Of a stretch of DNA of 23,317 nucleotides, positions 1 to 9,041 are shown in pieces. The notes beneath the pieces are model-generated. The model was not told the origin of the DNA and did not search any database. It saw only the letters and a program-made list of their open reading frames with translations. The stretch comes from Bdellovibrionota bacterium (lineage in GTDB: Bacteria > Bdellovibrionota > UBA1018 > UBA923), in assembly GCA_040754655.1 (NCBI GenBank), contig JBFMCE010000064.1, positions 1 through 23,317 of the forward strand. The letters are read 5' to 3'. A program made the translations under genes and the position numbers. Every line of letters starts with the position of its first letter. Within the stretch, counting starts at the first letter, position 1.

Positions 1-12
1 GGAGAAGAAGAA

Positions 13-1074
13 ATGAAAGTCCCAGGTTTGTTTTTGTCTGCAATGGCCCTGTTCTCGATTAGCTTGAATGCCTTGGCTGAGTCTACCCCGAAGCCCACCG
101 ACGGCGGGGAAGGCAGTGACGCCGGAAATGGCGGCCAACTCATCGTCTGTCAGCCCGTTCAGAGCGACCCAGATCAGAAGGATCGGAGAGGTTTCGATGG
201 TTTGTATTCAATCGACTATATTGTCGCCGTTCTCGCTCGTGGCGGAGATGAAACCAAGATAGTGGGCGCCAGAAGCTGGCATGAGTCGTATCTGCGCATC
301 TACAACCGTCTGCAGCTTCTCGATAAGAAGATGGCGGCGGATTTCGCTGAGTTCAACAACCTTCGGCACAACTACACCGATATGAGCCTTCCTCAAATCT
401 GGATCGATCAACCCTACGGCGTCATCAATCGAAAAGCGGAAAGCCTTGTCGAAAGGCTCCCCAAAGAGTGCATGCAAGGAGAGAATGTGCAGACCGAGCA
501 AGTGGTTTGGCGGGAAGAAAGCAATGGCCTTATAAAATACAAGCACGACAGAAAAAGGCTGACTGACCTCGAAATGCAGCTGCCGTTGATGTACTCATTC
601 ACGATGGTGCATGAATGGCTTTGGATGTACATGGACAACATCCAAGACCTTCAAATGTTCAACGGATTCCTGCACTCTACAGACTTTGATACGATCTCAA
701 AAAGCGCCTTCAATAAAATCTTAAAGCGTTGGAAAGTCAACGTGCATGGATCCATCACTGTTTTGGAAGACGGTTTTTATGAAAGACTTGTCAATCGAAT
801 GTACCACTGTAGAATACGCCCGACCTATGAGGCCACCACTCAGACCCTTACCTTGACCTTCCACTCTTTCTACGACTCAAGGGGATATCGGGTGGGAGAA
901 TGCAGCGGACCGCCTCCACAAATACTTCATTGTGAAGTCAACTCAGGACGAACTTCTTGCACGAATAAAAAAGGTGACTACTCACTTACAGTCAGAACAA
1001 AAAACATGTTCTTGCTAGCTGACGACGAGCACCCCTACCGAAAACAGATTGGCGAGAAGACCCGTTCGGACTGA
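13..1074 (+). CDS. Secreted hypothetical protein (353 aa)
   Basis: GGAG upstream of ATG; Sec signal MKVPGLFLSAMALFSISLNALA; Gly-rich GGEGSDAGNGG followed by LIVC; MVHEWLW motif; Cys-containing C-terminal region. Confidence 0.75.
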   Translation: MKVPGLFLSAMALFSISLNALAESTPKPTDGGEGSDAGNGGQLIVCQPVQSDPDQKDRRGFDGLYSIDYIVAVLARGGDETKIVGARSWHESYLRIYNRLQLLDKKMAADFAEFNNLRHNYTDMSLPQIWIDQPYGVINRKAESLVERLPKECMQGENVQTEQVVWREESNGLIKYKHDRKRLTDLEMQLPLMYSFTMVHEWLWMYMDNIQDLQMFNGFLHSTDFDTISKSAFNKILKRWKVNVHGSITVLEDGFYERLVNRMYHCRIRPTYEATTQTLTLTFHSFYDSRGYRVGECSGPPPQILHCEVNSGRTSCTNKKGDYSLTVRTKNMFLLADDEHPYRKQIGEKTRSD

Positions 1075-1088
1075 TGCAGGAACTTTTA

Positions 1089-1134
1089 GTTGAGAGGGGT
1101 TGAATCCTCTTTGAGGCCAGCAGCCCCTCTCAAC
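1089..1134. repeat. Inverted repeat/hairpin between convergent genes
   Basis: GTTGAGAGGGGTTG (1089-1102) pairs with CAGCCCCTCTCAAC (1121-1134), 14 bp with one G-U pair; inner CCTC-TTT-GAGG. No clear U-tract after the stem on either strand, so a terminator role is uncertain. Confidence 0.5.
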
Positions 1135-1146
1135 ACAAAACCTACA

Positions 1147-2409
1147 TCACCCGCAGACTTCGTTTTCTTTCTTGAGTTGATCAAAGAGAATCGCCTGAGG
1201 CGTGAGGTGCTTCGGGTCTTGCGCGACATTGCTCGAAGAAGCGGCTTTTGCGCGTAGCTCCTCCCACCTGCCGGCAAATTTCACGAGGTAACTCAGCGCG
1301 CGCTTCAAATCACCTGCGCACTTTCGGTCGAGCAGATCAAAAACATGTTGCTCATCTTCATAGGTCAAAAACGCGAGCAAAGCAGCGTTGTTGGTGATGA
1401 TCTTAGAGGCCCTAGCAAAGCCCTTGCCTTTCCACTCTTGTGCCTCGAGCCGCCTGCCAAACTCAGCGAAACGCTCGCGTTTGCCCCGCTCTTTCGTTTC
1501 TTCTGAAACACCCGAAGAAGTCACCGCGTTCGCCGCTACCACCGAATCCGTCAAACCCACGATACCGGGCTTTGGCTTAGTAGGCTCATTCTCGGCAAGA
1601 CCACCTTGGCCCAAGGATGCGTAATACCCTTTGAGTTCTTCAGCGAACGCCCTCAGCATGATTCCAAATTGCCTACGGTCATTGCGATCGTTCTCCCACG
1701 CCTTCACTTGAGCGCTATCAACCCCGTAGTTTTTCACAAGCCAAGCGCGCTCACCGTAATCGCCGACGTAATTCGCGACCTGCTCATTGAAGCTTCCCTG
1801 CCCTTTCACGTAGATCTGGCCATGGGTGGTCTCATGAAAAATGAGGTTCACCATGTCTGCCTTATTTTTTGAAAGCATGGATGAAAGCAACGGGTCCCGC
1901 AAGTATCCGAGCGTAGAATAGGCCGTCACGCCCCGCACATAGACATCAAACCCTTTTTGTTGGTATTCCCGCGCCCACTCATTTGCAGTCTCTTCCTTGA
2001 AAAACCCCAAATAAGGAAAAGACCCCACCAGCGGAAACTTCCACTCGCGCACCTGAACCGCATAGGGATGCGCGACTGTGATCGACCAAACCACATAAGG
2101 CCGCTTCAAATCGACATAGGTCGTATAATTGCCAGTCGCTTCAACGCCAAGCTCAGCTTCTACCCTCTTCTTGATTTCCGGGATCCACCGCAGTCGTTCC
2201 TGAACATCGCTGGGCGTCAACGGGTCGCGAATCACTTCATCCAAAGGCCGTTCGCGATTGTAAAGCGACCACTGTCCGACTCCAGCTTGAATCAGATAAG
2301 ACATATGGCTGCATCCCATAAGAGAAAAGAAAAACGCAACGCTGCCCACTGCCTTCAGCGACAATGCGAGTTTACGCGTGAGCGCGGGCCTAGAAAAGAG
2401 CCCACGCAT
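1147..2409 (-). CDS. Putative zinc aminopeptidase lipoprotein (Aminopep family)
   Basis: Lipobox-like LMGC; family-type motifs WKFPLVGSFPYLGFF, GVTAYSTLG, DPLLSS, LIFHETTH (HExxH), FNE and NNA. Start placed at ATG 2409, which overlaps the upstream stop (TAATG). Confidence 0.85.
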   Translation of the reverse strand: MRGLFSRPALTRKLALSLKAVGSVAFFFSLMGCSHMSYLIQAGVGQWSLYNRERPLDEVIRDPLTPSDVQERLRWIPEIKKRVEAELGVEATGNYTTYVDLKRPYVVWSITVAHPYAVQVREWKFPLVGSFPYLGFFKEETANEWAREYQQKGFDVYVRGVTAYSTLGYLRDPLLSSMLSKNKADMVNLIFHETTHGQIYVKGQGSFNEQVANYVGDYGERAWLVKNYGVDSAQVKAWENDRNDRRQFGIMLRAFAEELKGYYASLGQGGLAENEPTKPKPGIVGLTDSVVAANAVTSSGVSEETKERGKRERFAEFGRRLEAQEWKGKGFARASKIITNNAALLAFLTYEDEQHVFDLLDRKCAGDLKRALSYLVKFAGRWEELRAKAASSSNVAQDPKHLTPQAILFDQLKKENEVCG

Positions 2410-2978
2410 TAGAAATGCCACCCCATTCCGCCTTGCACGGAGAAATTGTCGTCTGCCTCGCCAAACTTCATGTCAGGCAAGAATGTCACAGCTTCGACTT
2501 TAAGTGAAAAATTTCTTAACAAGAAAATGCGCACCCCGGCTCCGAGAATGGCGCTTGGGCTTTTGCTCGACGTCGGCCGAGTGGGAATGCCTGCGACCGT
2601 GCCCGACTGCTTTCTATTGTACTGCGCGATGCCGGCCTTGCCATAAGGTTGAACCACCCACTCGCGCGGAACCAAGGCTTGGATCACTGAAAGACCCAAG
2701 GCTTGTTCGTTGATGTCTGTCGTCTGAACCGGGTCGTAATTGAAAAAGGTGTCGGTGTGCGTATATGAAAGTTCAATCTGGGTAAGCGGGGTGATGTAGA
2801 CCGAGAGCGCTCCCATGTACCTTCGAGAGGTCGTGTAAGCGTTTTCGCCAAAGTTTGTTTTTGAGTAACTTATCATGAGCGAGACCTCGCCCATCAACTC
2901 AAAGCCAGCATGCACCTCGCGCGTCGGAGCAAGCCACAAGGCGATGAAAAATAAAAGCGCGATTGCCCACTTCTTCAT
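2409..2978 (-). CDS. Outer-membrane beta-barrel protein (small OmpA/OmpW-like barrel)
   Basis: GGAGG RBS; signal peptide ending VHA; alternating amphipathic strands (VQPYGKAGI, LGAGVRIFL); C-terminal GMGWHF BAM-type signature. Confidence 0.75.
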   Translation of the reverse strand: MKKWAIALLFFIALWLAPTREVHAGFELMGEVSLMISYSKTNFGENAYTTSRRYMGALSVYITPLTQIELSYTHTDTFFNYDPVQTTDINEQALGLSVIQALVPREWVVQPYGKAGIAQYNRKQSGTVAGIPTRPTSSKSPSAILGAGVRIFLLRNFSLKVEAVTFLPDMKFGEADDNFSVQGGMGWHF

Positions 2979-3015
2979 AAACCCTCCGTAGTCACTTCCT
3001 TCTCAAAAGCCAGCT

Positions 3016-4041
3016 TCAGTGCTGGCCTTTTTTCATCTTCTTGAGGAAGCGCTTCTCTTCCTCGCCAAGATCTTTTCCTTCTCGAACGATCTCAAAACCA
3101 GTGCCGTCGTATTCTGCCGCAAGCTTTCTATTGCCGCCTCTTGGATGACGGACCACAGCCTCTCTCGGGCCCGCCACGTTCAACGCGCCGTCTGGGTCAG
3201 ATTCAAGCGCCTCACCCGAGATCCGAGCCTCAAGCTTTTCTAGAACCTCTTCGTTCACAGGCTCAACCACCTCAGAAGGCTTTCTTGATCCACGATCCGA
3301 CGCTACGACATGCTGGCTGTGCTTCTCAACCTGAGCAGGACGCTGTTTGCCATGCTCTTTGTGTCCGGTAGAAGCCAGTGTGCGCCAAGCCCGCACCTCA
3401 CGGCGAGGTTCACGAGCGCCAAACTTGTCTAGAAAAACCTGTATTTCTTTCGAATCCGCCAAACGCGGCTCGGTCAAATTCAAATGCGGCTGCGAGCGAA
3501 TCGACTCCGCGAATTGATCCGCCCCCACGCGTACGGGCGAAGACATCAGACGCGGATGCCATGCAAGCACTTCGCCGTCTAAACCAAGAACCTGCGTCCT
3601 CTCGTTTGAACTCCACACCGCGGCTTCACCAAACACATTGCCTTCGGCGTAAACCGTATGGAATTGCATGACTTCGCCCAGCGCAGACCTCAACTTCACC
3701 GCGCCTCGATAAAGAGTCAGTTTGCCTTGCTTGACGAACTCAACCAAAGCAGGTCCGGCCACGGCGACGAGGTTTCCTTTGGTATCGACGATCTCTGCCC
3801 TAGAGCCCGGCTCGACCCAGATCTTGTCACCCACGGAAACGCCATGGCCCGGCCGGTATGCCTCGGGTTTCGCGTGGTGTTTTTTTGTCGCGAATACCGT
3901 GCCTTCAACTCGAGAGACGATGCCAACAGTGGTGAATTCACTCTGGCGATTCAGAGTGTTGCTGTACCCACCCACCGCTGGCACCGTTCCCAGTACCGCT
4001 GCTGTCATGCCTGCAGCGAATCCCACGGCAACTCTACGCAT
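3016..4041 (-). CDS. Exported FecR-like domain protein with charged low-complexity C-terminus
   Basis: Hydrophobic N-terminus; VGIVSRVEGTV...VSVGDKIWVEPGSRAEI...LTLYRGAV...VLGLDGEV matches the FecR beta-domain pattern. Confidence 0.6.
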   Translation of the reverse strand: MRRVAVGFAAGMTAAVLGTVPAVGGYSNTLNRQSEFTTVGIVSRVEGTVFATKKHHAKPEAYRPGHGVSVGDKIWVEPGSRAEIVDTKGNLVAVAGPALVEFVKQGKLTLYRGAVKLRSALGEVMQFHTVYAEGNVFGEAAVWSSNERTQVLGLDGEVLAWHPRLMSSPVRVGADQFAESIRSQPHLNLTEPRLADSKEIQVFLDKFGAREPRREVRAWRTLASTGHKEHGKQRPAQVEKHSQHVVASDRGSRKPSEVVEPVNEEVLEKLEARISGEALESDPDGALNVAGPREAVVRHPRGGNRKLAAEYDGTGFEIVREGKDLGEEEKRFLKKMKKGQH

Positions 4042-4783
4042 GACGATTCAACCTCCGCGCCTCTTTTGACTTGGGATACTTTTGCAAAATTTCGTGGATA
4101 ATCCTCTTTTCAGACTTTCGATCGCCGGTCTTGGCATGACAAATGGCGATCCACGAGAGAGCCCGCGGCGCATATGCGATATCCTGGGCTTTGGCTTGTT
4201 TCAGTGTTTGTTCAAAATAGTGGCGCGCACGATGATAATTGCGCACCTTGAAAAGGCTCACGCCCGTCAGAAAATAAACGTGCGCATCTTTGTATGCATC
4301 GTTCTCAGCATTTTCAACGAGCGACACAAAGAGCTTTGCCGCCTGTTCATATTCTTGTGCTTCAAAAACTTTAAGGGCCTTCTCATAAACCGCCTTAGGG
4401 GGTTGAGAGAGAATCTCAGGGTCGGGTGCGCCCAAAGAAGCCAGGGTGCGAGAATCCTCTACCCCGCCTTCCCTCAAAGAATGCGTTTTCAAGTTTTTTG
4501 CTCGAGCCTCATCTTTGCAACTTAAGACTTCGTACACCAGCAGTGCGTTCTGCGTCTCAAGTTCGGCTGCTCTCTGTTTTAGGGCCTGATTTTGGTGGTC
4601 GAGCTCTTTCAGATGGTCAAGCTTGTGCAGGAATCCGTGATAGATCTGTTGAAGCGCCTGTAAGATGCCTGTCTTTGGCGCGGAATGGCTGGAGTGGCCA
4701 GAGCCCGACGCCAACACCCCAGGTGCTGACATCAGAATCACAACCAAAATAGCCAAAAAGAATACGCGAACCAAATGAGACAC
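4034..4783 (-). CDS. Exported coiled-coil + TPR protein (CpoB/YbgF-like architecture)
   Basis: Start re-placed at GTG 4783 with AGGAGG 5 nt upstream, removing the overlap with argS. Signal peptide, coiled coil (LKELDHQNQALKQRAAELE), TPR motifs (YEKALKVF, YFLTGVSLF, ALSWIAIC), ends YPKSKEAR. Confidence 0.7.
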   Translation of the reverse strand: MSHLVRVFFLAILVVILMSAPGVLASGSGHSSHSAPKTGILQALQQIYHGFLHKLDHLKELDHQNQALKQRAAELETQNALLVYEVLSCKDEARAKNLKTHSLREGGVEDSRTLASLGAPDPEILSQPPKAVYEKALKVFEAQEYEQAAKLFVSLVENAENDAYKDAHVYFLTGVSLFKVRNYHRARHYFEQTLKQAKAQDIAYAPRALSWIAICHAKTGDRKSEKRIIHEILQKYPKSKEARRLNRHA

Positions 4784-4855
4784 GAGGTCCTCCTGACAAT
4801 CTTTTCGACCGAAAGCTGGTAAATTTGAGCAAATTTGGTAGGTTAACGTCTTCTT

Positions 4856-6634
4856 ATGCTTTTTGACGCTATACGACAGGAAATTTTTGATCAGATCCAG
4901 GCTGCTCTTGCCCACCCCGATGAGCTTGAGCTGGTACTAGAAACTCCTCCCGACCCGCGGATGGGAGATTTTGCCTTCCCTACGTTTCGCCTGGCCAAAA
5001 CCCTGCGCAAGGCCCCTCCTTTAATCGCCAAAGAGTTGGCTGAGAAACTTGGACAAGCTGCTTCGCTTTCCAAGATCTGCGACGTGTCGGTTGCCGGGCC
5101 TTATGTAAATTTTTCGGTGAAACAGCAAACCTTACTCACCGATGTGCTGGGGTCGATTCTTTTGTCAGGCGACAAGCTTGCCGAAAAATCGGTCAAAAAA
5201 CCCGAGACCGTGATCTTAGAATTCTCATCACCCAATGTCGCCAAGGCTTTCAATATTTATCACCTGCGCTCAACGATGATCGGCAATTGCTTGAACAGAG
5301 TTTTCAGAGCGCGAGGTTTCAATGCGGTCGCTATCAATCACCTTGGCGATTGGGGCACACAATACGGAACTCTGGCGCTGGCCTACGACAAGTGGGGCGA
5401 CGAGAACGAGCTTGAACGACGGGGAATCGAGTACCTCGTTGAACTTTATGTTCGCATCAACAAAGAAATCGAGCAGAACTCAGACCTTGAAGGCCGGGCC
5501 CGAGAATACTTCGCGAAACTTGAACGCGGCGATCTTGAGATCAAGAAGGTTTGGGAAAAATTCGTCGCGCTTTCGTTGAAAGAGTTCAATCGTACTTACG
5601 CAAGACTGAACGTCACATTCGACCACTTCTGGGGTGAGTCATTCTATGTCGACAAAGTACCGGCGCTAGAGCGTTTATTGGAAGAAAAAAAGCTTCTCAT
5701 CGAATCACAGGGCGCTCACGTCGTCGACCTTGAAAAGCATGCGATGCCTCCTTGCATCATCCGCAAGCAAGACGGCAGCACGATTTACGCGACCAGGGAT
5801 CTCGCGGCCGCCATCTATCGCCAAGACAAGTTTCGTTTTTCAAAGTGCGTTTACGTCGTAGGCGGCGAACAAAAACTGCACTTCGCGCAAGTCTTCAAGG
5901 TGCTTGAATTGATGGGCTATCCTTGGGCCAAAGACTGCATCCACGTGGACTTTGGGCTCTACCGCTTCAAAGACGCCAAGATGAGCACGCGAAAAGGCAA
6001 CTTCATCACCATGGAGGCGGTGCTCGACCAGGCGGTTGATCGGGTCAAGCAAGTCATGGCAGAGAAAAACACGACCATGCCATCGGAAGAACGCGACCGC
6101 TGTGCCGAGATCATCGGAGTAGGCGCGATTGTGTACAACGACCTTTCTACCGACCGCAATACGGACGTCAACTTCGACCTTGACCGAGTTTTAGACTTCG
6201 AAGGGGAAACAGGCCCTTATATTCAGTACGCCCACACAAGATGCCTAGGCATCTTGCGCAATGCTCCTCTTGAACTCACTACGGGTCTCAGTGTTCCTGA
6301 ACTGCTTGACCTCGCGGTAGCGCAACCAGGCCTGCAGACACTGGCGCAAGCAGCAGTCAAAAAACTCTCGCACGTTGAAGAACTCGATTTGATCCGGGTT
6401 CTTGCGAAACTACCGCTTGTTCTCGACTCGGTCGTTGAAACTTATAGACCAAGTCATTTGGCCACGTACTTGATTGAGATCACAAAGGCGTTCAATACTT
6501 TTTACCGGGCGCACAAGGTGCTCGTTGAAGACATGGAGCTTGCTCGCGCGAGGCTTGCCTTGGTTTTGGCGACTCAGCGCACTCTGTTGAGAGCACTCTC
6601 ATTGCTCGGCATGCGCGTGCCCGAGAGAATGTAA
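4856..6634 (+). CDS. argS: Arginine--tRNA ligase
   Basis: GDFAFPTFRLAK, AGPYVNF, EFSSPN, NHLGDWGTQYG, DGSTIYATRDLAA, KMSTRKG, GETGPYIQYAHTR, C-terminal PERM. Confidence 0.97.
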   Translation: MLFDAIRQEIFDQIQAALAHPDELELVLETPPDPRMGDFAFPTFRLAKTLRKAPPLIAKELAEKLGQAASLSKICDVSVAGPYVNFSVKQQTLLTDVLGSILLSGDKLAEKSVKKPETVILEFSSPNVAKAFNIYHLRSTMIGNCLNRVFRARGFNAVAINHLGDWGTQYGTLALAYDKWGDENELERRGIEYLVELYVRINKEIEQNSDLEGRAREYFAKLERGDLEIKKVWEKFVALSLKEFNRTYARLNVTFDHFWGESFYVDKVPALERLLEEKKLLIESQGAHVVDLEKHAMPPCIIRKQDGSTIYATRDLAAAIYRQDKFRFSKCVYVVGGEQKLHFAQVFKVLELMGYPWAKDCIHVDFGLYRFKDAKMSTRKGNFITMEAVLDQAVDRVKQVMAEKNTTMPSEERDRCAEIIGVGAIVYNDLSTDRNTDVNFDLDRVLDFEGETGPYIQYAHTRCLGILRNAPLELTTGLSVPELLDLAVAQPGLQTLAQAAVKKLSHVEELDLIRVLAKLPLVLDSVVETYRPSHLATYLIEITKAFNTFYRAHKVLVEDMELARARLALVLATQRTLLRALSLLGMRVPERM

Positions 6635-6639
6635 GGTTC

Positions 6640-7101
6640 TTAAGAATTGGGTTGAGCTTGTTCTAGCGAGACTGGTTGTTTCCATCGAACTTCACGCTCT
6701 TGGCGTTGCCTTGCATGAAATTCATCGAGCTTTCGGCGCAATTCATGAGAAAGCTTGCGCCGCTCTTCGCGGTGGCGTTTCACGAGGTCCACCATCTCCG
6801 AGCGTTGCTGGCGAAAAAAAACGCCCCGCTCCTCCGCCGTATGCTTTTCAGAGGTGAACTGCCTGCGCGCCGCCCGATGTTTTTCAAGCAGCTCTTTTTT
6901 TTGCAGGGCATGCGTCTCTTTAAGATCCGCCTTCACTTTTGCTTGTTCTTGAAAGAAACTTTTTCGATCGCCGGCCTGCTTTTTAAAGAAGGCGACCTTT
7001 TCGTTGGATTCCGAGGCCGTAGGATGATTTGCCGCGGCATCAAGGAACAGGACCGCTCGCACGACTGCAAAAACAATTAAAAGAACGACTAAGATACGCA
7101 T
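6640..7101 (-). CDS. Exported/membrane-anchored helical charged protein
   Basis: ATG 7101 gives MRILVVLLIVFAVVRAVLFLDAAA followed by K/R/E/Q-rich helical sequence; fills the gap between argS and the protease. Confidence 0.6.
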   Translation of the reverse strand: MRILVVLLIVFAVVRAVLFLDAAANHPTASESNEKVAFFKKQAGDRKSFFQEQAKVKADLKETHALQKKELLEKHRAARRQFTSEKHTAEERGVFFRQQRSEMVDLVKRHREERRKLSHELRRKLDEFHARQRQEREVRWKQPVSLEQAQPNS

Positions 7102-7108
7102 GGATCGC

Positions 7109-7137
7109 ACTATAACCAACTCTTAAAAAGAAGTGAA
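7109..7137 (-). promoter_or_regulatory. Putative sigma70 promoter for the 6640-7101 gene
   Basis: Minus strand TTCACT(7137-7132)-N17-TATAGT(7114-7109)-N7-ATG(7101); no SD. Confidence 0.45.
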
Positions 7138-7180
7138 GCCGACAATGCGTCGCAATCTAAGACGCCTGCCGGCCTCACTT
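7124..7180 (-). terminator. Putative intrinsic terminator after the S8 protease
   Basis: Minus strand AAGTGAGGCCGGCAGGCGTC-loop-GACGCATTGTCGGCTTCACTT (long imperfect stem with G-U pairs) followed by CTTTTT. Confidence 0.5.
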
Positions 7181-7198
7181 TGCGTGTCTACGAGCACT

Positions 7199-8947
7199 TC
7201 ACTCGATGTATTCGTATCGGTCTAAAATAAAACCGAATTCGTTCGGGGTCTTTGGCGCTATGCCTGAAGCAGCCGTCTGGAAATTGATTTTAACTTCATC
7301 TCCTGGAATAACGACGCTCAGATACTCGCCAAAATACCCGCTGATCTCTTCATAGACCCTGCCCGTCGAATCTCGAAGGATCAGCGCGTCCAATCCACCA
7401 ACCAGGCTAGCTCTCTTGAAATAAAGGCGCATGAACTTCGCTCCGTGCTGCCGAACTTCGAAATTCTCATTAACACCGTCGTCATACGGGTGCTTGCTTT
7501 CAAGGCTCATTGGCACTGACTTCCAAGGCCCTTCAGGCAGCCGAATCCTTTTTTGCACGAAGCCTTTCATCGAATTGTAAACATTGAGCCTGCCGCCTGA
7601 AATTGTCCTCTCGGCAAGCACGCTAACCGGATCGACCCCTCTCAAGAGCTTGGCCTTGATCTCTTTGTAAGACTGCCTCGTGTTAAACGACCACAAAAGG
7701 GCCGCTGCTCCGGCAACATGAGGCGTGGCCATGCTGGTTCCGCTCATGGTTTGATAAGGGCCATCTTCTCCTGCTCCGGTGCTGAAAATGCTCGTACCTG
7801 GCGCCGCGAGATGGACCGTCTTTCTTCCCCAGTTCGAGAAAGCAGATAATTGATCGTTGTTTCCCGTTGAAGCTACCGAGATCACATTATCAGCTTCGTA
7901 GTTTGAAGGATAATGAGGCATCAAATCCGCGTTCACGGCTGAATTTCCGGCTGCAGCTACAAACAAGATGCCCCTTTTCTCGGCCTCTTTAATCGCTTCA
8001 TGAAGAAGCATCGAGTACCACCTGCTCCCCCAAGAATTGCTCATGATATGCACATTCTTGCTAATCGCGTAGTTGATCGCATCTATCCCATCGATCAAGC
8101 TTCCGCCATCCGGACCAAGAAACCTCAGTGGCAAGAGGCTTACCTTCCAGGCCACGCCTGCCGTCCCGATGCCATTGTCGCCAACGGCGCCAATCGTGCC
8201 AGCGCAGTGGGTGCCATGCCCATCTTCGTCCATCGGGTCGTTGTCGTTTTCGTAGAAATCCCAACCTACGACGTCGTCAATGAAGCCGTTTGCGTCGTCA
8301 TCTTCGCCGTTATTGGGAATTTCGCGAGGATTCCTCATGATATTGGGTCTCAAGTCTTCATGATTGTAATCGACTCCTGTATCGATGACGGCAACGCGGA
8401 TTTGCTTTGAGCCCTGCCCGGTCATCCATGCTTTAGTGACATCGATATCAATGCCCTTGATGCCAGCAATATTCCATTTCGCGACTTGCCCGAGGTTGAA
8501 CAATCCCCAGTTCTTCTTGAACAAAGGATCGTTCGGAAGCATTCCCAGAGGATGGTGAGTCCGCTCGACGCTCGCCTTCTGATAAATATAGTTGGGTTCG
8601 ACGTATTCAACCCCTGACTTCGCGCGGATATCCCCAATAAGCCGGTTCATTTCAACCGGATCCTCGACTTTGACGTGCAAGATCGCGCCATCCGTCTTCA
8701 GCGGCTTGACCGTTACGGCATACTCTTCGCCAAGATCCGTGAAAAAATCATGACGCAAATCACCTAAACTGGTCACATCGTTTACGCGACCAGCTGTCTT
8801 GAGTTTTACGACCACTTCACCTTTTTTATATCGATGGGTTGTTTGTTTTGACGTTTCTTCAGACGCAGCTTGATTCTGGGCGAGAACCAAACTGAATACG
8901 GAGAAAGTAATAAGAACGCTCCAAACCGACGGGAATCCTTTCCGCAT
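7199..8947 (-). CDS. Secreted subtilisin-like S8 serine protease with prodomain and C-terminal CUB-like domain
   Basis: AGGAGG RBS; signal peptide; prodomain ending VEYVEPNY; triad VIDTG / HGTHCAG / GTSMATPHVAG; oxyanion AAGN; C-terminal ESKHPY motif. Confidence 0.93.
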   Translation of the reverse strand: MRKGFPSVWSVLITFSVFSLVLAQNQAASEETSKQTTHRYKKGEVVVKLKTAGRVNDVTSLGDLRHDFFTDLGEEYAVTVKPLKTDGAILHVKVEDPVEMNRLIGDIRAKSGVEYVEPNYIYQKASVERTHHPLGMLPNDPLFKKNWGLFNLGQVAKWNIAGIKGIDIDVTKAWMTGQGSKQIRVAVIDTGVDYNHEDLRPNIMRNPREIPNNGEDDDANGFIDDVVGWDFYENDNDPMDEDGHGTHCAGTIGAVGDNGIGTAGVAWKVSLLPLRFLGPDGGSLIDGIDAINYAISKNVHIMSNSWGSRWYSMLLHEAIKEAEKRGILFVAAAGNSAVNADLMPHYPSNYEADNVISVASTGNNDQLSAFSNWGRKTVHLAAPGTSIFSTGAGEDGPYQTMSGTSMATPHVAGAAALLWSFNTRQSYKEIKAKLLRGVDPVSVLAERTISGGRLNVYNSMKGFVQKRIRLPEGPWKSVPMSLESKHPYDDGVNENFEVRQHGAKFMRLYFKRASLVGGLDALILRDSTGRVYEEISGYFGEYLSVVIPGDEVKINFQTAASGIAPKTPNEFGFILDRYEYIE

Positions 8948-8986
8948 CTGTTCCTCCTTGAGCTTTGATGTAGACTCAAGTTATTT

Positions 8987-9014
8987 AGTCTAGAACGATA
9001 GCACTTTCTGTCAA
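8987..9014 (-). promoter_or_regulatory. Putative sigma70 promoter of the protease
   Basis: Minus strand TTGACA(9014-9009)-N16-TAGACT(8992-8987), about 40 nt upstream of ATG 8947. Confidence 0.5.
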
Positions 9015-9041
9015 ACAAAAAGCGAACGGCAATACACAATT

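Noticed and set aside
3016..4041. FecR-like protein as anti-sigma for the giant sigma-like protein
   Set aside because: It is 16 kb away in a separate operon and lacks a cytoplasmic anti-sigma domain; the sigma-like protein is not ECF type.
4784..4915. N-terminal extension of the TPR ORF overlapping argS
   Set aside because: GTG 4783 has a strong AGGAGG RBS and directly precedes the signal peptide.
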